Positions 11,741-22,013 of a stretch of 64,000 nt of DNA are shown here, one piece after another. The stretch's first letter is position 1; each line of letters begins with the position of its first letter. Position numbers and translations under genes: made by a program. The DNA is from Candidatus Atelocyanobacterium thalassae (GTDB lineage: Bacteria; Cyanobacteriota; Cyanobacteriia; Cyanobacteriales; Microcystaceae): positions 548,715 to 612,714 of the forward strand of contig JBFPLN010000003.1 of assembly GCA_051971635.1 (NCBI GenBank), read 5' to 3'. The notes beneath the pieces were generated by a model that saw only the letters and a list, made by a program, of their open reading frames with translations, was not told where the DNA came from and did not search any database.

Positions 11741-13192
11741 ATGTCCATTACCCCAATGTTTATTCCTGACAGTACTAGCTTCATAAATAATCCACGCTAT
11801 CTCGAAAATTTACTGACAACCTATCGAACAAAGTTTAAAAGTCATAATCAATCAGTTATTATAAGTTTATCTTATGTTATCAATACAGTTGACACCCTGT
11901 CCGGTTTAAATTTTTTGGCTAACCGAGAAAAATCATGCTCCTTATCAGATACGATTTATTTTTATTGGGAAAACAAGGTAAACAATGAAGAAATCTTAGG
12001 TTATGGCGCAACTGAACATTTTTCTATTAATTCCTCACATAGATTTTCTAGCTCTAAAGCCTGTATAAAAGATTGTTTATCGAAGATCATTAAAATAAAA
12101 GAAAAAAAAGAAATAAATTCTTTTCCTCGTATTTTTTCTAGTTTTACCTTTTCCAAAAATATAGATAATTCTCATTATCCCTTTCCACCAGCTTTTATTT
12201 TTTTACCATATATTCAATTAATAAAATTAGATAATAGCAGTATCTTGACTTTTAACATATCGGTGGAAAAGAAAACAGATATAAAACGAACAGCTTTCAA
12301 AATTTTAGCCATAAAAAAATCAATATCCTCTTTAAAGACATACCAAAGCAAAAAAGGAGAATTGAACAAGATAGTTCGCTCTAATATTAATTCAACAAAA
12401 ATTCAGAAATTTAAAAATTCTGTTCATTTGATTCTAAGATCTATAAAAGAGAATAAATTTCAAAAATTAGTACTAGCTGATTTTTTAGACTTGAAAAATT
12501 CTGTTCGTTTTTCTATTCCTCATTGCTTAGATAACCTACGTTCTCATTATCCAGATTGTTATGTCTTCGCAATTAATAATGGAAAGAATCATTGCTTTAT
12601 TGGAGCTAGCCCTGAACGATTACTGAGTATCAAAAATAGTAAACTCATAACTGATGCATTAGCAGGCTCCTCTCCAAGAGGGAAGAATAAATACGAAGAT
12701 TCTAATTTAGCTCAAAAGCTTTTAAAAAGTTCTAAGGAAAGATATGAACACCAAATAGTCATTAAATCAATCTTTGAAAGCCTCTTAGGTATAGGTCTTA
12801 ATCCAAAAGTCTTGCCTTTAAAGATTTTAAAGCTATCTAATATACAACATCTCTGGACTCCAATTTATAGTAAATTAAAGCCTAATATTCATCCTATAGA
12901 TATAGTTGCCACTTTACATCCTACCCCTGCTGTCTCCGGGTTTCCTACAGCTATAACTTGTAGAAAAATTGAGTATTATGAACAATTTATACGTGGACTT
13001 TATGCAGCTCCTCTAGGTTGGGTTGATTCTAATGAAAATAGCGAATTTATTGTGGGTATTCGTTCTGCTCTGATTTCGGATAATAATGCTAGATTATATG
13101 CTGGTGCTGGTATTGTTAAAGAATCTTGCTCAGAACAAGAGCTTGCAGAAATTCAATTAAAATTCGAGGGGTTACTTAAAACGTTGTCTTAA
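11741..13192 (+). CDS. menF: Isochorismate synthase
   Basis: Chorismate-binding domain: FIGASPERL, ALAGS, LHPTPAVSG, YAGAGIV; start codon uncertain (GTG 11714 or ATG 11741). Confidence 0.92.
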   Translation: MSITPMFIPDSTSFINNPRYLENLLTTYRTKFKSHNQSVIISLSYVINTVDTLSGLNFLANREKSCSLSDTIYFYWENKVNNEEILGYGATEHFSINSSHRFSSSKACIKDCLSKIIKIKEKKEINSFPRIFSSFTFSKNIDNSHYPFPPAFIFLPYIQLIKLDNSSILTFNISVEKKTDIKRTAFKILAIKKSISSLKTYQSKKGELNKIVRSNINSTKIQKFKNSVHLILRSIKENKFQKLVLADFLDLKNSVRFSIPHCLDNLRSHYPDCYVFAINNGKNHCFIGASPERLLSIKNSKLITDALAGSSPRGKNKYEDSNLAQKLLKSSKERYEHQIVIKSIFESLLGIGLNPKVLPLKILKLSNIQHLWTPIYSKLKPNIHPIDIVATLHPTPAVSGFPTAITCRKIEYYEQFIRGLYAAPLGWVDSNENSEFIVGIRSALISDNNARLYAGAGIVKESCSEQELAEIQLKFEGLLKTLS

Positions 13193-13284
13193 AAAAATGT
13201 GAAGGTTTCTAAACTATTGATTCTGACAAATTGACTTATAGTCGAGATAGGTCTCAGTTCTCATCACGAGTTCAATGTCCAAGA

Positions 13285-13779
13285 TTAGTGAAACTCATAA
13301 TAACTGAGTAAACCAAATCCAAATCCACCAAAACAAGTAATAAATAGATTAATTATAATTTGATATCTAGAGACACTAAATTTCTGCATTTCTAGTTTAG
13401 CTAGAATTGTACTACAAATTAATAAAAAAATCGTAGAAACATTTACAATCCAACGTAGTAAAAAAACTGTTATGAGCGACCATAGAAAAACAGTTATCAT
13501 AGCTTTACTATCTGATTTAAAGCTATTACCGAAGACTATTGTTAAGATAGTATCTGGGTTTGATAGCCCTATAATAATTAAGAAGATTATTACAATTGCT
13601 ATTAAATGTATTAATAAAAAGAACGTCTCATTTTTCATAGATAGGCCGTAAGCATTAACTTTTTGTCCTAACCAGTAGCTCCAATCAGAAGCTGAACTTC
13701 CTAGATACCAACCGAAAGAACCGTATGTAAGTAAAATAACGATTAAAGATAAGAAAGGAAACTTAATTAATCTTTTCAT
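13285..13779 (-). CDS. Hypothetical cyanobacterial membrane protein
   Basis: 164-aa ORF with about 4 hydrophobic segments. Confidence 0.7.
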   Translation of the reverse strand: MKRLIKFPFLSLIVILLTYGSFGWYLGSSASDWSYWLGQKVNAYGLSMKNETFFLLIHLIAIVIIFLIIIGLSNPDTILTIVFGNSFKSDSKAMITVFLWSLITVFLLRWIVNVSTIFLLICSTILAKLEMQKFSVSRYQIIINLFITCFGGFGFGLLSYYEFH

Positions 13780-14633
13780 AGTTTTGAACTAAAATTTATG
13801 TTTTGATAAATAAAATAAAAGTTTTTAAATAGATAACTCTAAGGTATTTAGAGATTAAAATATAAATATTGTAGGAAAGTTATTTCCGAAATAATGTATT
13901 AATAGTAAATATACTAAAAGATATCTATTTAATTAGTTAGCATCTATAACACCATTCTATGTAGCAAAATTAAAAATAAATATATTACCTGATAAAATGC
14001 TTTACACTCAGTAATTTTTTAATAATTATTCTTTGCGATTACAATTTATAGAGACAGTAGCTTTTAGATTCTTACTTTGTATTCATAATACTATCCTCCT
14101 AGTTATTAAACTATCCATAGCAAATCATACGGTTTTGTAAAAAAATTCGTATTGTTTAAGATGTAACAAAGATATAATTTTTTAAGTAGAAATTTGTAGA
14201 GTTCAGGCTTTATATATTATAAATTTAATTTGTTGAATAACAGAAGATATTTGGAAGATTTAAATATGTATATCCATATAAATTAATCTTTATTTTTGTT
14301 AATATGTTTGGGAGAAAACTAATATTTTAATCTAAAGTAATATTGCTTTTATTCCATAGATATATGATTCTAAAGTCAATTCCTTAAATTGTATTTTATG
14401 TAAAATAAAAAGACAAACTGGTAATAGATAGAATAAATTTTATTTTATACTTTACTTATTCTAAAGGATGATATTAAATGTTATGAATATTTCGGATTTC
14501 ATTTATAAAAACTACTTTTATATGTATTTCTATTACTAATTAATAAATCTTTTTATGTAAATAATTAATTTTATATACAGTAACTACATGTAGTTACTAA
14601 ACCTTCTATAATATTGGTATTTAGTGAGTAATC

Positions 14634-15590
14634 ATGCATTCTAATACAAATCAGACTGAAATGTCAGTTATCATTCCTTGTTACAATGAAGAGCAAGGCC
14701 TAGAGCACCTTTTTGTAAGAATTTTAGAAGTTTTGGATAATCTCAATTTATCTTACGAAGTTATTTGTGTAGATGATGGTAGTCAGGATCAAACTTTAAA
14801 ATACTTGATTAATTATCATTATCTTTATCCTCAAATCAAAGTAATTAGTCTATCTCGTAATTTTGGGAAAGATATCGCCCTAACTGCAGGACTTGAGAAT
14901 GCTCAAGGACAAGTTATTATACCTATTGATGCCGACCTGCAAGATCCTCCTGAGCTTATTGAAAAATTACTTCAAAAATGGCGTGAAGGCTATGATGTAG
15001 TTTATGGAAAACGGAGATCTAGACAAGGTGAAAGTTTTGTAAAAAGATTTACAGCTAATGCATTTTATAAAGTTATTAGTAAAATCGGCAGTATTTCTAT
15101 TCCTCAAGATACAGGAGATTTTCGTCTACTAGATAGAAAGGTAGTAGATGCTTTAAAAACTATGCCAGAACGTACTCGATTTATGAAAGGACTTTTTGCT
15201 TGGGTAGGTTTTAAACAGACCTATATTGTATATGATCGCCCTAGTAGATTCCAGGGAACTAGTAAATGGAATTATTGGCAATTATGGAATTTTGCTTTAG
15301 ATGGTATTACTTCTTTTAGTTTAATTCCTTTAAAAGTTTGGAGTTATTTGGGAGTATTTGTTTCATTCTTATCATTTGTATATGGTAGTTTTTTAATTAT
15401 TAGGACGTTAGTTTTAGGAATTGATGTACCAGGGTATGCCTCTTTGATGGTTACGACTCTATTTATAGGGGGACTACAATTAATCACACTAGGTATATTG
15501 GGAGAATATTTAGGCCGTATTTATGAAGAAACAAAACAGCGTCCCTTATATTTAATTAAAGAGCGTCATGGATTTCATATAGACTTTTAA
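14634..15590 (+). CDS. Glycosyltransferase family 2 (GtrB-like bactoprenol glucosyltransferase)
   Basis: VIIPCYNEE, VDDGSQD, SRNFGK, IDADLQDPP, two C-terminal TM helices. Confidence 0.92.
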   Translation: MHSNTNQTEMSVIIPCYNEEQGLEHLFVRILEVLDNLNLSYEVICVDDGSQDQTLKYLINYHYLYPQIKVISLSRNFGKDIALTAGLENAQGQVIIPIDADLQDPPELIEKLLQKWREGYDVVYGKRRSRQGESFVKRFTANAFYKVISKIGSISIPQDTGDFRLLDRKVVDALKTMPERTRFMKGLFAWVGFKQTYIVYDRPSRFQGTSKWNYWQLWNFALDGITSFSLIPLKVWSYLGVFVSFLSFVYGSFLIIRTLVLGIDVPGYASLMVTTLFIGGLQLITLGILGEYLGRIYEETKQRPLYLIKERHGFHIDF

Positions 15591-15603
15591 AATTTTCGTC
15601 ATT

Positions 15604-16353
15604 CTACCAATTCTTTTCGGTCCATACAGGATGTAAAAAAATAGAATTTGCAACCCTTACGCCTCTTAATTGGTTAAGAAGAGGAAGATGCCCAATTGGT
15701 GCATTTAAATTCCAAGTAAATTCTTTTGGATAGTAAGTCCAATGATTATCTTTTTTCCAGCCAATCTTACGCCATAATGCATTAAAGTCTTTTCCAGAAG
15801 ATAACCAAAGTTTTCTTTGTACAGAAAACCCAAATTTTCCACTAGAATATAGCCACCATAAATTATTTATTGTATGAAGATCCATTACAGGAAAATTGGC
15901 AACTTCTGTAAAATAGATCCACTTACGTTGTAATGCCCCTTCACCAGCTAATTCCCATAAAATATGACGAGTTAAAGTATCTGCTTTTTGAAAATTTTGC
16001 TCAAGTAATAATTGACTAAGTGGTCTATAGTCAACGTTGGCTTGAGAATCAAGAGGTGCTAATCCATTAGGGAAATAATTCTGAATAAATAATTCTGTTT
16101 CAGGCATATTAACTTTATATAGTTCTCGATAAATCTCTCCTTGTATAAGATTAAGATTGTTTATATCTGATAACTTTAAAAAATCTATTAAAACTTCCCA
16201 TCCAGTATTTCCCATACCAATTAATTGAGGAATTAATTTAAATTGCTCTTTCGATGTTCCATTTACAAACTGATGTGCTAATGTTGGATTCGGAAATTTA
16301 TTTTCTAAATCATTAATTGTAGAAATTTTTTTGTTAGTCATAAAATTGTCCAT
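15604..16353 (-). CDS. gun4: GUN4 (Ycf53) Mg-chelatase activator
   Basis: RKWIYFTEV, LWWLYSSGKFGFSVQR, APIGHLPLLNQLRG. Confidence 0.9.
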   Translation of the reverse strand: MDNFMTNKKISTINDLENKFPNPTLAHQFVNGTSKEQFKLIPQLIGMGNTGWEVLIDFLKLSDINNLNLIQGEIYRELYKVNMPETELFIQNYFPNGLAPLDSQANVDYRPLSQLLLEQNFQKADTLTRHILWELAGEGALQRKWIYFTEVANFPVMDLHTINNLWWLYSSGKFGFSVQRKLWLSSGKDFNALWRKIGWKKDNHWTYYPKEFTWNLNAPIGHLPLLNQLRGVRVANSIFLHPVWTEKNW

Positions 16354-16461
16354 TAGAGTTAATTATAATTGTTAAAAAATCTAATAAACACTTCAAAATA
16401 AAGTTTTAATTACTAGATTATATAGTTGTTTTATCTGCGAATTACATGATGGTATTATAAC

Positions 16462-16491
16462 TTAGAAGATCTTGTTGATAGGATCTTCTAA
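16462..16491. repeat. Short hairpin between rbgA and gun4
   Basis: ttagaagatc ... gatcttctaa, perfect 10-bp arms. Confidence 0.5.
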
Positions 16492-16619
16492 AGCGAACAG
16501 AAATTTAATTTTATAAGTTTATTTCATCTATTTAAAATACGAGGCAACTACAGACTTCTATTATGTATTATTTCAAGTTTAATGAAATAAAAAATTCTGG
16601 GTTTAAAATTAACTAATAA

Positions 16620-17459
16620 TTAATTATTATCAGGTAATTCCAAGGGAAGACAACCCATCATACCTTTTCTAAAATCATTTAGTAGTTGTATTGCTGCCCT
16701 TTCCTTATCACCTCTATACAGGCTATTTCCCAAATTCTCAATATATTCTTCCCCAGTAATACCTGAAGGTTCAATTTTATAGCGGAGTTTTAAAATTTTG
16801 TCAAAGCTTAACTCCCGTAAGAAATCAATTAGTGCAGCTGCAACTTCTTGATTATCATAGGCAGCTTCTCCAATATCTTCACAAATTGCAAGTTTAATAG
16901 CGTCTTTTTGATTTTCTAATTTAACTGGAATAACTCCTGGAGCATCTAAGAGCTCGATAGTTTTAGAAATACGTATCCATCGAAGTTGTCGAGTAACACC
17001 TGCACGTCTAGCACTAACAGCTACTTTACGTCCTAGCAGGCGATTGATTAAGGCTGATTTACCTACATTAGGAAATCCAATTACTACTGCTCTAATTGGT
17101 CTAGGTTTCATACCACGATCAATCCTTTTGATATTAACTAAATTTCCGGCTTCTTTCGCTAATTGATTTAAAGACTTGATACCTTTCCCTTGCTTAGCAT
17201 TAGTAAAATGAGCTATTTCTCCTTTATCCTTAAACCAATGTAACCACTTTGAGTATAAAGATTCTGGTATCATATCCATTCGATTAAGTACAGTAATTTT
17301 AGGCTTACCTTCTATCCACTGATCAATATTAGGATGATGTGAAGCAATTGGAATTCTTGCATCTAAAACTTCAAAAATAACATCGATATTTTTAATTTGC
17401 TCTTTAAGTTGCCGCTCTGCTTTAGATATATGACCTGGATACCATTGAATTATTGACAT
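16620..17459 (-). CDS. rbgA: Ribosome biogenesis GTPase YlqF/RbgA
   Basis: IQWYPGH N-terminus; circularly permuted GTPase GFPNVGKS, LLDAPG. Confidence 0.95.
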   Translation of the reverse strand: MSIIQWYPGHISKAERQLKEQIKNIDVIFEVLDARIPIASHHPNIDQWIEGKPKITVLNRMDMIPESLYSKWLHWFKDKGEIAHFTNAKQGKGIKSLNQLAKEAGNLVNIKRIDRGMKPRPIRAVVIGFPNVGKSALINRLLGRKVAVSARRAGVTRQLRWIRISKTIELLDAPGVIPVKLENQKDAIKLAICEDIGEAAYDNQEVAAALIDFLRELSFDKILKLRYKIEPSGITGEEYIENLGNSLYRGDKERAAIQLLNDFRKGMMGCLPLELPDNN

Positions 17460-17510
17460 AATTAAATAATTGCTAAAATAATTGCCTAAAGATTATTAGA
17501 ATAAACTGTA

Positions 17511-19463
17511 ATGAAATTACCAAATCAAAGATGGAATATCGCTTCACCTAACTCTGAAAAAATTCAATTATTAGCCAAGGAAATGAAAGTCTCCAACTTG
17601 ATCATTAAAATAATTTTAAATCGGGAGATAGATACATCACATTTGGCTCGTATTTACCTAAATCCCAATGAAGAGATTTTACCTCCTCCTTTAGCAGAAT
17701 TTCCAGATTTGTATAAAAGTATTAACCTTTTAATAACAGCTATTGAGAGACAAGATAAGATTGCAATTTGTGGAGATTATGATGCTGATGGTATGACCAG
17801 TACTTCTTTGTTGTTAAGAGCTTTGAAGTATTTTGGAGGAGATGTCAATTATAAAATTCCTAATAGAATTAAAGATGGTTATGGTATTAATAAACAAATT
17901 GTAGAAAATTTGGCTAAAGATGGCGTTAAATTAATATTGACAGTGGATAATGGTATTGCAGCTTATGAGCCCATAAAAAAGGCTGTAGAATTGGGGCTAA
18001 ATGTTATTATTACGGATCATCATGATATACCTAAAAAATTACCACCTGCAGATGCCATTCTAAATCCTAAATTATTATCTACTCAATCACCCTACAGCGG
18101 ACTGGCTGGAGTAGGAGTTGCATATGTTTTGGCTTTAACTCTTGCTCAAACTTTACATAAAACAGAGGGCATCATAGCCTCTTTATTGGAACTTTTTACA
18201 TTAGGTACTATTGCAGATTTAGCCCCTTTGACTGGAGTTAATCGTCGATGGCTCAAGCAAGGGTTGAAACAATTACCTAATTCGCAATTACCAGGTATTC
18301 AGGCTTTAATAAAAGTTTCAGGTATTAGTGATGAACAAAAACAGTTAAGATCAGATGATATAGGATTTAAGCTAGGGCCAAGAATTAATGCGGTAGGGCG
18401 TATTGGTGAACCAAAAACTGCCATTGAGTTGTTAACAACTGATAGTCCAGAGGTTGCACTTAAAAGAGCGTTGGAATGTGAAGAAATTAATAGTATAAGA
18501 AAATCTTTATGTGAGAAAATCGAACAGGAAGCTATAGACTTAATAGAAGATACTCCTCTAAATTATCAAGAGAAAAGAGTTTTAATAGTAATTCAACATA
18601 AATGGCATCATGGAGTGATTGGTATTGTAGCTTCTCGTTTAGTTGAACGCTATGGAGTACCAGTTTTTATTGGAACTTATGAAGAAGATGATGAAAATAA
18701 AATTCGTGGTTCAGCTAGAGGAATTCCAGAATTCGATATTTTCAATGCTTTACAATACTGCGATGATTTGTTAGATAAATTCGGAGGACATAAAGCTGCA
18801 GGCGGATTTAATTTAAAGCAAAAAAATTTAAAATTTTTTGAGGAAAGACTTAGTGAATTTGCTCATCAACATCTTCAGTTACACCATATTAAACCTCTTA
18901 TTAAAATTGATAGTGAAATTAACTTCAAAGATATAGATAATAATTTATATGAAACACTTGATTCCCTACAACCTTGGGGTATTGGAAATGCTATCCCTAT
19001 ATTTTGGACATCCAATATAATAATATTAAAACAAAAAATCATAGGGAATAATCATCTTAAACTATTATTAGCTCAAAATGATGGTAAACAATTTCAAGCT
19101 GTAGCTTGGCGTTTTGGAGCTTATTACCCTTTACCAAAGCAATTGGATATAGCCTATAAGTTATCTAAAAATTCGTGGAATGGGCAAAATAATATTCAGT
19201 TAGAAATTGTAGGAATGCGTATTCCTTCATCCATAGATGAAGAATTGCAAAGTACGTTTGAGTTTAATGGTAAACAATATATTTGTTCCATAAAAGACAA
19301 AAAATTAAAGATTAAAAATCTAAAAGGAAAAACATTATCTATTTATAAAGGAGAAAAATATGGATTATTAGAAAATAGTCATGAAAACATAAAAACAATT
19401 GATATTACACATCAGCCATACTACACCATAGTTAAAATGGCTCTGAACTCTTTGAATTTATGA
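17511..19463 (+). CDS. recJ: Single-stranded DNA exonuclease RecJ
   Basis: GDYDADG, TVDNG, TDHH, GTIAD, GSARG and FGGHKAAGG motifs. Confidence 0.97.
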   Translation: MKLPNQRWNIASPNSEKIQLLAKEMKVSNLIIKIILNREIDTSHLARIYLNPNEEILPPPLAEFPDLYKSINLLITAIERQDKIAICGDYDADGMTSTSLLLRALKYFGGDVNYKIPNRIKDGYGINKQIVENLAKDGVKLILTVDNGIAAYEPIKKAVELGLNVIITDHHDIPKKLPPADAILNPKLLSTQSPYSGLAGVGVAYVLALTLAQTLHKTEGIIASLLELFTLGTIADLAPLTGVNRRWLKQGLKQLPNSQLPGIQALIKVSGISDEQKQLRSDDIGFKLGPRINAVGRIGEPKTAIELLTTDSPEVALKRALECEEINSIRKSLCEKIEQEAIDLIEDTPLNYQEKRVLIVIQHKWHHGVIGIVASRLVERYGVPVFIGTYEEDDENKIRGSARGIPEFDIFNALQYCDDLLDKFGGHKAAGGFNLKQKNLKFFEERLSEFAHQHLQLHHIKPLIKIDSEINFKDIDNNLYETLDSLQPWGIGNAIPIFWTSNIIILKQKIIGNNHLKLLLAQNDGKQFQAVAWRFGAYYPLPKQLDIAYKLSKNSWNGQNNIQLEIVGMRIPSSIDEELQSTFEFNGKQYICSIKDKKLKIKNLKGKTLSIYKGEKYGLLENSHENIKTIDITHQPYYTIVKMALNSLNL

Positions 19464-19624
19464 TGTAATTATATCAAGATTCTCATTTATATTATAAAAA
19501 TTTATAGTAGCTATTCCTAAAAAACATACTAGTCCTTTTTAGTTAATACCATAGTTTAGTTCCTATCCATTTTTTACTAAAGTGAGAGAGTGAAGTAATT
19601 ATCACTCCACCATCTCATTTAGCT

Positions 19625-20593
19625 TTAAAACCAAATATAATTTGCAAAAATACTAAAATTATTTCCTAACATTGTTATTATTTTATGGGTTACGGGAAGA
19701 CTATCAATAACCATCGCTGTACACAGTAACATTAAATATAGGATAGAAAATTTAAATAATGACCGTGCTAAACTTTTATCTAAAGGGTTTTGTTTCAATA
19801 ACCAAGTTTTTTGAGCAAATATACCTCCCAAAATGACTGCAGAGATACCATATAATAAACCTAAGGTCTCAGTCGGATACACTAGTAAAAAAGTACATGG
19901 GATGACCAATAAAGTATATAACCAAATTTGATGTACTGTTGATTCTTCTCCTTCTACTACAGGCATCATAGGGACATCAACTTGCGCATAATCATCTTTA
20001 AGCATCAGCGCCAATGCCCAAAAATGAGGAGGAGTCCACAAAAAAATTATGGTAAATAATATCCAAGGTGCCCAACTTAAATCTCCTGTAACCGCAGCCC
20101 AGCCTACAAGAGGAGGGATAGAACCAGCTGCACCGCCAATAACAATATTTTGTGAACTATTACGTTTAAGAAAATGAGTATAAACCAGCATATAAAATAC
20201 TATGCCAGACATGGCTAACAACCCACTAAGAAGATTAATATAGGCAACAAAAAGACTAAAAGATAAAAATCCTAATATAAAAGCAAATATAAGAGCGTGA
20301 CGAGACCTAACCCGACCTGATGGGATAGGACGAGTTCTAGTTCTCAACATTTCATAATCAATATCTCGATCATAAATGCAATTCATTACTTGAGCTGAGG
20401 CAGCCGCGAGGGTTCCTCCAAATAAAGTTATAAATAATTTAAAAGAATTAACTTCACCATTAGAAGCAATCCACATAGATGCAGCAGTGGTGATAAGTAA
20501 CAAAGGAATAATCCTAGGTTTAGTTAACTGATAATAGCTTTTGATAACTTGTAAAAAGTTTTCGTTACGGTAAACAACGTCAGTCCCAATCAT
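19625..20593 (-). CDS. ctaB: Protoheme IX farnesyltransferase (heme O synthase)
   Basis: LTKPRII, YDRDIDYEMLRTRTRPIPSG, LWTPPHFWALA. Confidence 0.97.
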   Translation of the reverse strand: MIGTDVVYRNENFLQVIKSYYQLTKPRIIPLLLITTAASMWIASNGEVNSFKLFITLFGGTLAAASAQVMNCIYDRDIDYEMLRTRTRPIPSGRVRSRHALIFAFILGFLSFSLFVAYINLLSGLLAMSGIVFYMLVYTHFLKRNSSQNIVIGGAAGSIPPLVGWAAVTGDLSWAPWILFTIIFLWTPPHFWALALMLKDDYAQVDVPMMPVVEGEESTVHQIWLYTLLVIPCTFLLVYPTETLGLLYGISAVILGGIFAQKTWLLKQNPLDKSLARSLFKFSILYLMLLCTAMVIDSLPVTHKIITMLGNNFSIFANYIWF

Positions 20594-20645
20594 GAATTCA
20601 CACCATATTCTATTAATTTATAATTTATAATTTACCAAGGGAAAA

Positions 20646-21560
20646 TTAACTTTCTCTCGGAACACTGCGCATTGCTAAAGTTGTCAGAGCTACTAAAGTT
20701 CCAAATAACATAACACCGACAGTATGGTGAGTTATGGTTAAAGGTTCTACTTGTAAATGTAAATAGAAAGTCGCAGTTCCTAAGAGGATTTGACATATTA
20801 CTATTACTCCAGCAAGCCAAACAAGTTTTTTTAGAGAAGGGTGAAGACTTGAGGTTCGCCAAGTCATAAAAACTAAGCTTAATACTCCGAGAGTTGTCGG
20901 TAAGACACCAATAATATGACTGTTCATAACAGTGCATAATTGAGACTCCTCAAAGCATTGATGTAAAGCCCAGCGGGAACCTACTAATCCTCCCAAAAGG
21001 CATTGTATATAAACTAAACCAGTTACTAGTAGCCCAACCCAGCGTAAATTACTATTATCTTGAACTTCCAAAGGAGGATTTAATGACAATGCAGTAGTGA
21101 CTAACACTCCAAAAAAAAGTAAAGCGGTACCCAAATGTGCAGTAACGATATCAAATCGTAACATTTTAGTAACAGTAAGTCCTCCTAAAATTCCCTGAAA
21201 CAGAATTAAAATAAGTGCTAGTAGTGCAGACCAAGGCAACCATTTTGGAAGTTGCTCACGAAACCAGCAAGAAATCATTAACAAGATTATAGTGCTTATT
21301 CCAATTAAAGAAGCATCAAGACGGTGGAACCATTCTAAAAAAACTTGTAAGTTCATTTGTTTGGTAGGAACTAGCTGACCGTAGCATAATGGCCAATCTG
21401 GACAAGCTAAACCTGCATTCATAACCCTTGTTGCACTTCCGACTGCCATTAATAGAAGAGTAGCAATAGCAATTTTCCATATAAAAGATTTTGTCCATTT
21501 TCGGACTTTCAGACTATTATCTTGAGTGTTTATTTGTTCTATCAGAACAGTTCTTGTCAT
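20646..21560 (-). CDS. ctaA: Heme A synthase (COX15/CtaA)
   Basis: AGLACPDWPLC, LEWFHRL; adjacent to ctaB. Confidence 0.95.
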   Translation of the reverse strand: MTRTVLIEQINTQDNSLKVRKWTKSFIWKIAIATLLLMAVGSATRVMNAGLACPDWPLCYGQLVPTKQMNLQVFLEWFHRLDASLIGISTIILLMISCWFREQLPKWLPWSALLALILILFQGILGGLTVTKMLRFDIVTAHLGTALLFFGVLVTTALSLNPPLEVQDNSNLRWVGLLVTGLVYIQCLLGGLVGSRWALHQCFEESQLCTVMNSHIIGVLPTTLGVLSLVFMTWRTSSLHPSLKKLVWLAGVIVICQILLGTATFYLHLQVEPLTITHHTVGVMLFGTLVALTTLAMRSVPRES

Positions 21561-22013
21561 AACATTTTATTTATCTAATCAAACAACTTTTGCGATTCAT
21601 AAAGTATAAACTCCACAACACAAAATTATTGTTATACGGCCAAACTAGTTCAAATCTTACTGAAGAGTTTATGATTTATGCATTTATTTTCAAAAATTTT
21701 TGCTAATCCTTTAGATTCAGTTAATGATTACTTTACGTTTCTTAACAATAGATTAAAGATTGTGGACTGTTTGATTATTCCAAAAAATAACATTTAAAAT
21801 AAGTTTGGCTTAATTGTAATTTATAATAGACTCGTAAATGCTAATTCAAGCAGAATACATCTTAACCTAAAGATAAATAATATTTTACAATAGTTAACAA
21901 AGAAATAACTGATTAAGCATATAAAGAAAGTCATATTACATGTCTAATAGTCCAAATTTATATATTTTTTTATTTATATGATTTTCTATAAATACTTTAT
22001 AAGTAGCAGTAGC

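Noticed and set aside
14162..14177. NtcA-like tgtaacaaagatataa
   Set aside because: The second half-site TAC is absent at N8 spacing
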